From assembly GCA_009927705.1 (NCBI GenBank), contig RFMK01000123.1, forward strand, positions 1 through 40,782: DNA of 40,782 bases, read 5' to 3'. Source of the stretch: Actinomycetota bacterium. GTDB lineage: Bacteria > Actinomycetota > Actinomycetes > Nanopelagicales > Nanopelagicaceae. Every line of letters starts with the position of its first letter. Within the stretch, counting starts at the first letter, position 1. Under the pieces are notes generated by a model. That model was given only the letters and a program-made list of their open reading frames with translations, made no database searches and was not told where the DNA came from. Below, piece by piece: positions 9,556-19,878 of the stretch. Position numbers and translations under genes: made by a program.

Positions 9556-10239
9556 CTGACCCTGGCTTTAACCGAAAAGCTCGGAGTTTCGGTAAGTCCA
9601 GAGCTTCTTAATCTCGCACTTACTCACCGTTCTTTCGCATATGAATTTGGTGGACTTCCCACAAATGAACGTTTGGAATTTCTCGGCGATAGCGTTCTTG
9701 GACTAGTAATCACAGAAGCTTTGTATGAGCGATTCCCGGATCTTGATGAATCCCGACTTTCACCGCTGCGTTCTGGCATCGTGAATATGCGCGCCCTTGC
9801 AGCAATTGCTCGCGAACTTGAGTTGGGAGCAGCGCTCAAGATTGGCAAAGGCGAAGAGGTAACTGGCGGACGGGATAAGAACTCGATACTTGCCGATGCT
9901 TTTGAAGCGCTCGTAGGGGCGATATATCTTGATCACGGGTTCACGAAGACAACAGAGATTGTTATGCGATTAATGAAAACCGCAATCGATGAAGCGCTTT
10001 CCCGTGGGGCCGGCCTTGATGGAAAGACCGCCTTGCAAGAAATTGTTGCTGCTTCTGGTTGGCAACCACCTGAATACCGAGTGACCGAATCTGGTCCAGA
10101 TCATGATAAGAGTTTTGTCGCTGTTGTAGTTGTCAATGGAGTGACGTATCAAGAAGGACACGGAAAAAGTAAACGCGAAGCCGAGCAAGTTGCTGCTCGT
10201 CTCGCTTTTGAAGCAATTTCACAATCATTCGATAAATAA
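9556..10239 (+). CDS. rnc: Ribonuclease III
   Basis: Has the NERLEFLGDSVLG signature, ADAFEALVGAIYLD and a C-terminal dsRBD (GPDHDKSF...GKSKREAEQVAA). Conserved N-terminal residues (LALTHRSFAYE) lie upstream of the track start (TTG 9673). No ATG/GTG/TTG exists upstream in frame. CTG 9556 with AGAGG 7 nt upstream is the best candidate, so the 5' end is uncertain. Confidence 0.85.
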   Translation: MTLALTEKLGVSVSPELLNLALTHRSFAYEFGGLPTNERLEFLGDSVLGLVITEALYERFPDLDESRLSPLRSGIVNMRALAAIARELELGAALKIGKGEEVTGGRDKNSILADAFEALVGAIYLDHGFTKTTEIVMRLMKTAIDEALSRGAGLDGKTALQEIVAASGWQPPEYRVTESGPDHDKSFVAVVVVNGVTYQEGHGKSKREAEQVAARLAFEAISQSFDK

Positions 10240-10257
10240 TTAAGGCTAGAGCTAAAC

Positions 10258-11133
10258 GTGCCGGAGTTACCAGAAGTCGAAACCGTACGTCGTGGACTTG
10301 AGCCATGGGTAGTGGGTAAAAAGATCAAGAAAATCGAAGTAGTTCATAAAGGTGGCAATCGCTCCAATACTTTCGCTCCATTCTCAGCTGTGGAAGGCGC
10401 GAAAGTACGAAACATGCGACGTCGTGGCAAGTTTCTGTGGTTTGAAGTTAATCGCAATCTCGGCTTAGTTGCGCATCTGGGGATGAGCGGACAATTCATA
10501 ATTCAGGAACGAAAAGCTCCGGATGAAAAACATCTTCGAGTGCGAATAGATTGTGGAGATAGGCGTCGAGAGTTGAGGTTCATAGATCAACGGACTTTTG
10601 GATGGGTGGCAATTGATCAGCTTGTGCAAGAGGAAGGGCTAGAGATTCCAACTTCTTTTGCCAGGATTGCACGTGACATCTTCGACTCTCAGTTCGATCG
10701 CGAAAAAGTAATCGAACGGATCATGAAGAAAAGGAGCCCAATCAAGCCAGTATTACTCGACCAATCGGTCATGAGTGGCGTTGGAAATATATATGCCGAT
10801 GAGGCTCTTTGGCTTGCAGCGATTCATCCCGAGAGATTGGCAAACACTCTCAAGCGTAGCGAGATCGAAGATCTGCTTTCGTCGGTCAAGGAAGTTATGT
10901 CGGCAGCTCTGAAACAAGGCGGCACCAGTTTTGATGACCTCTATATCAATGTGAATGGCGAGAGTGGTTACTTTGATGTTGAACTTGAGGCTTACGCCCA
11001 GGATGGCGAGCCATGTTCGCGTTGTGGAACCGAAATCCGTCGTATCGCGTTTGGAAATCGTTCGTCACATTTCTGCCCCCGTTGCCAGCCGCGTCGTGTG
11101 GCTAAAAAAGTGGGCGTGAAGCGGGGCAAATAA
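10258..11133 (+). CDS. mutM: Formamidopyrimidine-DNA glycosylase
   Basis: Has the N-terminal PELPEVETVRRGL, the H2TH region and the C-terminal zinc finger CSRCGTEIRRIAFGNRSSHFCPRCQ. Starts with GTG. Confidence 0.93.
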   Translation: MPELPEVETVRRGLEPWVVGKKIKKIEVVHKGGNRSNTFAPFSAVEGAKVRNMRRRGKFLWFEVNRNLGLVAHLGMSGQFIIQERKAPDEKHLRVRIDCGDRRRELRFIDQRTFGWVAIDQLVQEEGLEIPTSFARIARDIFDSQFDREKVIERIMKKRSPIKPVLLDQSVMSGVGNIYADEALWLAAIHPERLANTLKRSEIEDLLSSVKEVMSAALKQGGTSFDDLYINVNGESGYFDVELEAYAQDGEPCSRCGTEIRRIAFGNRSSHFCPRCQPRRVAKKVGVKRGK

Positions 11134-11169
11134 CCCAAGAGCGCTGGCGCGCCCCGATAGGTTCTACCC

Positions 11170-14100
11170 GTGTATTTGAAGAGCATGACGCTGAAGGGCT
11201 TCAAGTCCTTTGCATCGCCGACCACGCTCAAGTTTGAGCCTGGCATCACCTGCGTGGTGGGTCCAAATGGGTCTGGTAAGAGCAATGTTGTTGACGCGCT
11301 TTCGTGGGTCATGGGCGAACAAGGCGCTAAGAGTTTGCGCGGTGGGAAGATGGAAGATGTCATTTTCGCTGGCACATCTGGTCGGGCTCCACTCGGTCGC
11401 GCCGAAGTTTCAGTAACAATCGACAACACTGATGGCGCGCTTCCAATCGATTTCACTGAAGTAACAATTTCTCGCACACTTTTCCGAAACGGTCAGAGTG
11501 ATTATCAGATTAATGGAGAATCGGCTCGACTCTTGGATATCCAAGAGTTATTGAGCGATAGCGGCATTGGTCGTGAAATGCATGTCATTGTCGGGCAGGG
11601 ACAACTCGATGCAATCTTGACGGCAAATCCGGAAGAACGTCGAGGTTTCATTGAAGAAGCGGCCGGAATCTTGAAGCATCGAAAACGCAAAGAAAAAGCG
11701 CTACGAAAACTGGAATCGATGCAAGGCAATATGTCTCGCGTTCAAGATCTCACTTCTGAATTGAGAAGACAACTTCGACCACTTGGAAAGCAAGCGGAGG
11801 TCGCGCGTAAGGCTGCGGTTATTCAAGCTGATGTGCGTGATGCAAAACTTCGAATCCTTGCTGATGATCTGATTTCATTTAGATCGACGTTGACCTCAGA
11901 AGTTGCTGATGAAACTGCGCTCCGTCAACGTCGTTCAGAAGTTGAGCAAGAACTCGATCGACTTCGAAATCGAGAGGTTGAACTTGATCGTCTGGCCGCC
12001 ATAGAAGGCCCACAACTTGTTGCCGCTCAAGATAATTACTACAACTTAACTGCACAACGCGAAAAACTTCGTGGCACCCAGAACTTAGCCTCTGAACGCG
12101 CTCGTTTCTTGGCCGAAGAAGCAGAGGAAGCTCGTTCTACTGGTCGCGATCCAGATGCGCTCGAGGCGGAAGCAAAGACTTTGCGCAACGAAGAGTTAGT
12201 TCTCCAGAATTCGGTTGATAAATCCCGCAAGGAACTTAACGCCGCCTCCGGAACGCTGGCGGAACTCGAAGGACGTTTAAAGATTGAAGAGGACCGAATT
12301 GCAGCAGCCCAACGCGCAATAGCTGACTATCGGGAAGGCACTGCTCGCCAAGAAGGTCATATCAAGAGTTTGCAATCACGAATTGATGGCTCCAACTCCG
12401 AGATCGCTCGCCTTGAAAGCGCTCTTGGCGAAGCAAATACCAGAGTTGATGAGGCAAAACGAGAGTTTGCGCGCCTCGAGAGTGAAGTAGCTGGGCTTGA
12501 TGCCGGCGAGCTTGGACTCGATGCAGATTTCGAGAAGGCAAAATCGGCGCTGAATCAATCTCGATCGCAAGTAGATAAGCTCAAGGAAGAATTGGCTCGC
12601 GTCGAGCGGGAGAAGAGCGCAGCCGAAGCAAAAGTGGACGCACTTCGGCAAGCCACTCTCCATAAAGATGGAAGTGGAGCGCTTCTCACAAATACCCGCG
12701 GCATCGAAGTCCGCGGAAGCGTGGCTTCACTAATTTCAGTTGAGCCTGGTTGGGAGAAAGCAGTTTCCGCAGCTCTTGGTTCATTAGCCAATGCACTTGT
12801 GGTTCATGATGCAACACATGCAATCTCTGCTCTCTCTTTCTTGAAATCTGAATCAGCCGGATCTGCCGAACTTCTCTTTGTAGATGGAATCGATTTTCAC
12901 GAGAGCTCAAAGCAAGATAACGTCGGCACTTCACTGCTCTCCAAAGTTTCTTCTTCTACCTTGAATGCGGTTCTGCCTCGTCTGCTTGCAAATTTTGTGG
13001 CTACAGAGACTCTTGCAGATGCAGAGCAAGCGATTCAGAACAATCCTTCGGTCATCGCAGTTACCCGCGATGGTGATCTCGTTGGACACGGCCGCGCAAG
13101 TGGTGGTTCGACATCACGATCATCGTTGATTGAAATTACCTCGATGATTGAGAAGAGCGAGATTGATTTACAAAAGCACACGCATGATTGCGATCGAATT
13201 AGATTTGAAATCTCATCGGCAGAAAATCGCATGCGTAGCGACCAAAGTTTCTATGACCAAGCACTAGCTAAACTTAACGAATCGGACGCGGCTATGGCCG
13301 GCTTGGCAGAGCAAATTGCCGCCGCAGGACAGAGCGTGAGAAGTAGCAGCGCTGAAGTTGATCGTTTGGAGCGATCAATCAATGAACTTAGGGATGCCTT
13401 GAAAGCCGATGAAAGCGAGCTCGCAATCGCTCAAATTGAATTCGGTAAGACTGAAGAACCACAAGAACCAGACTTAACATCGCTAGAAAATCTCCGCGCC
13501 AATGTTGCGACATCTCGCGCAGTCGAGGTAGAGGCCAGGCTTGGCCTACGAACATTGGAAGAACGTGTTGCTGCCATAGCTCAACGAGCATCTGACTTGG
13601 AAAATGCAGCTCGAAACGAACGTGAATCAGCGAGCAAGTACATCGCTCGTCGCGAGGCGCGAGCTCGTGGTGCGATTACGGCCCAATCGATTGCTGATGC
13701 GGCTTATGAGGCTTTGATTCAAATTGAGAGCTCCATCTCCCGTGCGAATTCAGAGCGCGAGCGGTTGGAAATCTCGCGTTCAAATCGCGATGGTGAAATC
13801 TTGGCGATTCGCGCAACTTTCCGTGAACTTTCAACCGAACTCGATCAATTAACCTCAAGCGTTCATCGCGATGAGATTGCCCGAGCCGAACAAAAACTTC
13901 GGATTGAACAATTAGAAATTAAGGCAATGGAGGAATTTGGCGTTGATGCCTCGACTTTAACTTCTGAATACGGTCCAGATAAAGATGTACCCACATTTAT
14001 TGAAGATGATGAAGGAAATCTCAGCCAAGGCGAATACATACCTTATGTTCGCGAACAACAGGAAAAGAGACTTGCTACGGCCGAGCGTTCGCTAACTCTT

Positions 14101-14715
14101 CTAGGAAAGATCAATCCATTGGCGCTAGAAGAGTATTCGTCGCTCGAAGAACGATTGAAATATCTGGCAGAACAACTTGAGGATTTGAAGAAATCAAAGA
14201 AAGATCTACTGGACATCATTAAGGAAGTAGATGATCGAGTACAGGAGATTTTCGAAGAAGCTTTCCGTGATACCGCCCGCGAATTTGAGAAGATTTTTGC
14301 TCGCTTGTTCCCGGGTGGCGAAGGTCGACTTATCCTGACTGATCCAAGCGATATGTTGAATTCGGGAGTAGATGTTGAGGCTCGTCCGCCCGGAAAACGG
14401 ATCAAGCGACTATCACTTCTCTCGGGTGGCGAAAGATCTTTGACCGCAGTTGCCCTCCTTGTTGCGATCTTCAAAGCGCGCCCAAGTCCGTTCTATGTGA
14501 TGGATGAGGTTGAAGCAGCGTTGGATGACAATAACTTAGGACGACTTCTTGGCGTGCTCGAAGAGCTTCGCCAAGCGTCACAGCTCATCATCATTACGCA
14601 TCAAAAACGTACGATGGAAATTGGTGATGCGCTGTATGGCGTCACGATGCGCGGCGATGGAGTTTCGGAAGTGATCTCACAACGTTTGCGTGAGATCGAA
14701 ACTGAACCTGCATAG
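11170..14715 (+). CDS. smc: Chromosome partition protein SMC
   Basis: Has the N-terminus MYLKSMTLKGFKSF, Walker A GPNGSGKSN, long coiled coils with a central hinge, the signature LSGGERSLTAVALL and Walker B FYVMDEVEAALD. Confidence 0.96.
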   Translation: MYLKSMTLKGFKSFASPTTLKFEPGITCVVGPNGSGKSNVVDALSWVMGEQGAKSLRGGKMEDVIFAGTSGRAPLGRAEVSVTIDNTDGALPIDFTEVTISRTLFRNGQSDYQINGESARLLDIQELLSDSGIGREMHVIVGQGQLDAILTANPEERRGFIEEAAGILKHRKRKEKALRKLESMQGNMSRVQDLTSELRRQLRPLGKQAEVARKAAVIQADVRDAKLRILADDLISFRSTLTSEVADETALRQRRSEVEQELDRLRNREVELDRLAAIEGPQLVAAQDNYYNLTAQREKLRGTQNLASERARFLAEEAEEARSTGRDPDALEAEAKTLRNEELVLQNSVDKSRKELNAASGTLAELEGRLKIEEDRIAAAQRAIADYREGTARQEGHIKSLQSRIDGSNSEIARLESALGEANTRVDEAKREFARLESEVAGLDAGELGLDADFEKAKSALNQSRSQVDKLKEELARVEREKSAAEAKVDALRQATLHKDGSGALLTNTRGIEVRGSVASLISVEPGWEKAVSAALGSLANALVVHDATHAISALSFLKSESAGSAELLFVDGIDFHESSKQDNVGTSLLSKVSSSTLNAVLPRLLANFVATETLADAEQAIQNNPSVIAVTRDGDLVGHGRASGGSTSRSSLIEITSMIEKSEIDLQKHTHDCDRIRFEISSAENRMRSDQSFYDQALAKLNESDAAMAGLAEQIAAAGQSVRSSSAEVDRLERSINELRDALKADESELAIAQIEFGKTEEPQEPDLTSLENLRANVATSRAVEVEARLGLRTLEERVAAIAQRASDLENAARNERESASKYIARREARARGAITAQSIADAAYEALIQIESSISRANSERERLEISRSNRDGEILAIRATFRELSTELDQLTSSVHRDEIARAEQKLRIEQLEIKAMEEFGVDASTLTSEYGPDKDVPTFIEDDEGNLSQGEYIPYVREQQEKRLATAERSLTLLGKINPLALEEYSSLEERLKYLAEQLEDLKKSKKDLLDIIKEVDDRVQEIFEEAFRDTAREFEKIFARLFPGGEGRLILTDPSDMLNSGVDVEARPPGKRIKRLSLLSGGERSLTAVALLVAIFKARPSPFYVMDEVEAALDDNNLGRLLGVLEELRQASQLIIITHQKRTMEIGDALYGVTMRGDGVSEVISQRLREIETEPA

Positions 14716-14717
14716 TT

Positions 14718-15554
14718 ATGGGTTTGTTCGGCTCGTTTTTATCTAAGTTCTCTCGCGCAAAAGCTTCAATCGAGGACCTTGATGAATTTCGTCGCGTCCT
14801 TATCGAATCTGATTTAGGCGTAAATGTTGCCGACCAGATCATCGAGACAGTCAAGCGTGAAAAAGCTGAGAATTTAGAGAGCGCAGTAACTGAAACGTTG
14901 AAATCTTTTCTCTCGACTCAGGACCGCACAATCTCTATTTCATCTGGAAAACTGACAACCATTCTCATTGTTGGAGTTAACGGAACGGGAAAAACCACGA
15001 GCGCAGCGAAACTTGCACATCACTTTAAAGCAAATGGAAAGAAAGTCTTGCTGGTCGCAGCCGACACCTTCCGCGCTGCAGCAGTCGAACAACTTCTTAC
15101 GTGGGGCAAAAGAATTGGCGTTGAAGTAGTGCAAGGAGCCGAAAACGCAGATCCCGCTGCAGTCTGTTTCGATGGCGCTACCCGTGCGCTTAAAGATGGA
15201 TATGAGATCTTGATTATCGATACTGCTGGCAGATTACATACGAAGAGCAATTTGATGGATGAGTTAGGAAAAGTAAGAAGAGTCGTCGAAAAAGTAACTC
15301 CGATAGATGAGGTCCTCTTTGTTCTTGATGGGACCACAGGCCAAAATGGAATCTCGCAAGCTCAAGTCTTCTCCGAAAGCGTTCCCTTAACCGGCATGAT
15401 CGTGACTAAAATCGACGGGTCAACTCGCGGCGGCGTTGCAATCGCCACGGAAAAGGCACTTGCCGTGCCCTTGAAATTCGTGGGGACTGGGGAAGGCATA
15501 GAAGATTTTCGCCCCTTTGATCCAGAAAGCTATATCCGCGAACTTTTAACATAG
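14718..15554 (+). CDS. ftsY: Signal recognition particle receptor FtsY (NG domain only, no acidic A domain)
   Basis: Contains GVNGTGKTT, DTAGR and TKIDGSTRGG. A short amphipathic N-terminus (MGLFGSFLSKF) is fused directly to the N domain. Confidence 0.93.
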   Translation: MGLFGSFLSKFSRAKASIEDLDEFRRVLIESDLGVNVADQIIETVKREKAENLESAVTETLKSFLSTQDRTISISSGKLTTILIVGVNGTGKTTSAAKLAHHFKANGKKVLLVAADTFRAAAVEQLLTWGKRIGVEVVQGAENADPAAVCFDGATRALKDGYEILIIDTAGRLHTKSNLMDELGKVRRVVEKVTPIDEVLFVLDGTTGQNGISQAQVFSESVPLTGMIVTKIDGSTRGGVAIATEKALAVPLKFVGTGEGIEDFRPFDPESYIRELLT

Positions 15555-15556
15555 AC

Positions 15557-15592
15557 GTAACAGAGGCTCGGAAACTGTCACCTCACTGAAAC
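15557..15592. promoter_or_regulatory. Candidate GlnR-type operator upstream of amt-glnK
   Basis: GTCAC-n6-GAAAC at 15577-15592 matches the actinobacterial GlnR half-site pattern gTnAc-n6-GaAAc. It is preceded by GTAAC (15557-61) and GAAAC (15571-75), but with 9-nt rather than 6-nt spacing. It lies about 118 nt upstream of the amt ATG. Confidence 0.3.
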
Positions 15593-15709
15593 CTCTCACG
15601 CCTGTTCTACGTAATAGTCGGGGAGCACTATCTGCCCATTCTCAGCGCAGAGATCCCTTCCAATGTGTGAGTGAGTTGGCAAATCCAGCTCATCAGTTCG
15701 GAGAAAACA

Positions 15710-17349
<1,640 letters not shown>

Positions 17350-17376
17350 TCTGTAGTTTCCAATATCTATCAAGTT

Positions 17377-17423
17377 AGAGATAGGTAGTCGTGAGGTTTG
17401 ACTACCTATCTCTTTCTTGTTTT
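17377..17423 (+). terminator. Rho-independent terminator after glnK
   Basis: A 14-bp perfect stem AGAGATAGGTAGTC / GACTACCTATCTCT (17377-17390 with 17400-17413) has a 9-nt loop and is followed by TTCTTGTTTT. Confidence 0.85.
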
Positions 17424-17454
17424 CACCCGATTGAACCTTAGATAGGCTTCGGCA

Positions 17455-18900
17455 GTGTTTGAAGGATTAAGCAATAAGTTCAGCGATGTCTTTGGTGCGC
17501 TCCGTAAAAAGGGTCGAATCACCGAATCCGATATCGATGCAACATGCGAAGAACTCCGTGTTGCGCTTCTTGAAGCAGATGTTGCGCTCTCAGTGGTTGA
17601 GAAATTTGTGGAAAGAATTCGCCAGCGCTCACTTGAGATTCTTCCAGTGATCCGGCAATCCACTCAGCAATCCCAAGAGATTTATGGCGTCATCAACCAA
17701 GAGTTAATTGCAATTCTCGGCGGCGCAGCTCGACGAATTCGTTACGCCAAACAGCCGCCGACGATCATCATGTTGGCTGGTCTTCAGGGTTCAGGAAAGA
17801 CGACGTTGGCAGGAAAGCTAGCGAGGTTCTTGAAAGAAGATGGGAATACACCGCTGCTTGTAGCCGCGGATTTGCAACGTCCGAATGCTGTCACCCAACT
17901 CTCTGTTCTCGCAGAATCGATCAATGTTCCAATTTTTGCTCCCGAGCCAGGAAATGGAGTAGGAGATCCAGTTCGTGTAAGTCGAGATGCAGTCGAATAT
18001 GCACGCGAAAAACTTTATAACGTCGTCATTGTCGATACGGCTGGACGACTTGGTGTTGATGCTGAATTGATGAAACAAGCATCGGATATTCGAGATGCGG
18101 TCAAACCTGACGAAACACTCTTCGTGGTTGATGCGATGATTGGTCAAGATGCCGTTCGCACCGCTCAAGCATTTAGCGAAGGAGTGGGATTCGATGGCGT
18201 TGTTCTCACGAAACTTGATGGTGATGCGAAAGGCGGCGCCGCGCTATCTATCGCTGAATTAACTGGGAAACCAATTCTCTTCACTTCAATTGGTGAAAAG
18301 CTCTCAGATTTCGATTATTTCTACCCCGATCGCATGGCTTCACGCATCTTGGGTATGGGCGATATCCAAACTTTGGCAGAACAAGCAAAGAAAGCCCTTG
18401 ATGGAGATAGCGCAAAGCGCTTGGAAGAGAAGTTTGTATCTGGCGAGGACTTCACATTGGAAGATTTTCTTGAACAGATGCAGGCAATGAAGAAGATGGG
18501 ATCGATGACCAAGATTCTTGGAATGCTGCCTGGTGCAAATAATGCGGCGATGAAGAAGCAGATTGATGCTATTGACGATAAAGAATTAGTTCGCACGCAA
18601 GCGATTGTGCAATCAATGACACCGGAAGAACGACGTAACCCCAAAGTTCTTAATGGTTCGCGTAGATCGAGAATTGCTCGTGGTAGCGGGCGAACGGTGA
18701 CCGAAGTAAATTCATTGGTGGATCGTTTCTCTGCCGCACAGAAAGTCATGAAGCAGATGCGAAGTGGAGGTGGGATGCCCAAGGGCATGGCGCTTCCGCC
18801 AGGAATGGGAATGCCAGCCGCACCGAGAATCGCAGCTGCGCCAAAGAAGAAATCTCGTTCTGGAAATCCCGCAAAACGAGCGGCGGACGAGGGGCGTTAA
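17455..18900 (+). CDS. ffh: Signal recognition particle protein Ffh
   Basis: Has the N-terminus MFEGLSNKF, GLQGSGKTT, DTAGR, TKLDGDAKGG and a Met-rich M domain. Starts with GTG. Confidence 0.95.
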   Translation: MFEGLSNKFSDVFGALRKKGRITESDIDATCEELRVALLEADVALSVVEKFVERIRQRSLEILPVIRQSTQQSQEIYGVINQELIAILGGAARRIRYAKQPPTIIMLAGLQGSGKTTLAGKLARFLKEDGNTPLLVAADLQRPNAVTQLSVLAESINVPIFAPEPGNGVGDPVRVSRDAVEYAREKLYNVVIVDTAGRLGVDAELMKQASDIRDAVKPDETLFVVDAMIGQDAVRTAQAFSEGVGFDGVVLTKLDGDAKGGAALSIAELTGKPILFTSIGEKLSDFDYFYPDRMASRILGMGDIQTLAEQAKKALDGDSAKRLEEKFVSGEDFTLEDFLEQMQAMKKMGSMTKILGMLPGANNAAMKKQIDAIDDKELVRTQAIVQSMTPEERRNPKVLNGSRRSRIARGSGRTVTEVNSLVDRFSAAQKVMKQMRSGGGMPKGMALPPGMGMPAAPRIAAAPKKKSRSGNPAKRAADEGR

Positions 18901-19065
18901 ACGGCCCGATTAGGCAACCAGGAGAGCGCATGGCAAGATTGGGACCCTGTTCAAGAGCCCTCTACCTCTTGACCGGCACCTGTTAACCAGAATTTCCAGA
19001 TTTGGCTTGGCATCCCACTCAAGTCTCGATGGAAGTTCGATCGATTATGCAAGGAGAAAGCCTTC

Positions 19066-19614
19066 GTGGCCGTAAAGATTAGATTGGTTCGTCTCGGAAA
19101 GATTCGTACCCCGCACTACCGCATCGTTGTTGCAGATTCCCGTAAAGCTCGTAATGGATTGAAAATCGAAGAGATTGGTCGTTACTCACCAGCGTCAGAA
19201 CCATCATTGATTCATGTTGATTCTGATCGCGCGCAACATTGGTTGAAGAACGGTGCCCAACCCACTCCTGCTGTAGAGGCAATTTTGAAAGTAACTGGCG
19301 ACTGGCAGAAGTTCAAAGGACTTCCTGGCGCTGAGGGAACGCTTAAGACACTTCCACCACGTGCCGACAAGCGCGCGGCTTATGAAGCTGCTGTGAAAGC
19401 TGCGATGAATGAGCCGAAAGATGGCGCGACTACGATGAAGAAGCGCGCCGCGGAGAAGTTAGCTGCAAAGGGGGCTCCTGCAGAGGAAGCTCCGGTTGAT
19501 TCTGTCGTTGAAGCGCCAGCAGACGTTCTTGCTGAAACTCCAGCTGAATCGGTTGTCGAATCAGCTCCGGAAGCCGCGGCTGAAACCGCAACTGAAACTG
19601 CCGCGGAGCAATAA
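19066..19614 (+). CDS. rpsP: 30S ribosomal protein S16 with an Ala/Glu/Thr/Pro-rich C-terminal extension
   Basis: Begins (M)AVKIRLVRLGKIRTPHYRIVVADSRKARNG. An AAGGAG SD lies upstream of GTG 19066. A low-complexity tail of about 95 aa follows the S16 fold. Confidence 0.93.
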   Translation: MAVKIRLVRLGKIRTPHYRIVVADSRKARNGLKIEEIGRYSPASEPSLIHVDSDRAQHWLKNGAQPTPAVEAILKVTGDWQKFKGLPGAEGTLKTLPPRADKRAAYEAAVKAAMNEPKDGATTMKKRAAEKLAAKGAPAEEAPVDSVVEAPADVLAETPAESVVESAPEAAAETATETAAEQ

Positions 19615-19620
19615 GCACTC

Positions 19621-19863
19621 ATGATGATTGATGAAGCGCTCGAGCATCTCGTAAAAGGAATTGTCGATAATCCAGAAGAAGTAGTGATCTCTGAAAAAGA
19701 AGGTCGCCGCGGAACCACTTTGGAAGTTCGCGTTCATCCGGAAGACATTGGCAAGGTCATTGGTCGTAATGGCCGAACTGCCAAAGCTCTTCGCACTGTT
19801 GTCTCAGCCCTGGCTGGCCGCAGCGTTCGCGTTGATCTCATTGAGGCGGATGAAGCGCGTTAA
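19621..19863 (+). CDS. KH-domain RNA-binding protein (YlqC/UPF0109 family)
   Basis: 80 aa with the GxxG loop GKVIGRNGRTAKALR. It holds the conserved position between rpsP and rimM. Confidence 0.88.
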   Translation: MMIDEALEHLVKGIVDNPEEVVISEKEGRRGTTLEVRVHPEDIGKVIGRNGRTAKALRTVVSALAGRSVRVDLIEADEAR

Positions 19864-19878
19864 TCGCGCTCAATCGAG

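Noticed and set aside
9673-9675. TTG at 9673 as the rnc start, as in the ORF track
   Set aside because: It would remove conserved RNase III N-terminal sequence and part of the catalytic NERLEFLGD signature that is encoded in frame directly upstream.
10992-11477. 161-aa minus-strand ORF spanning the mutM/smc junction
   Set aside because: It is antisense to two strongly supported genes (zinc finger of MutM, Walker A of SMC) and has Ser/Pro/Arg-rich shadow-frame composition.
14043-14474. 143-aa minus-strand ORF inside smc. Similar shadow ORFs lie at 1733..2143 in gpsA, 18321..18788 in ffh, 19380..19718 in rpsP, 29793..30110 in dxs and 32437..32847 in fadB.
   Set aside because: All are antisense or out of frame within confidently identified conserved genes. 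They are Ser/Arg-rich, lack start signals and have no recognisable motifs.
15671-15709. GTG 15671 extension of amt
   Set aside because: ATG 15710 has a GGAGA SD-like element at proper spacing, and the extra 13 residues (MSWQIQLISSEKT) precede the expected N-terminus. This remains uncertain.
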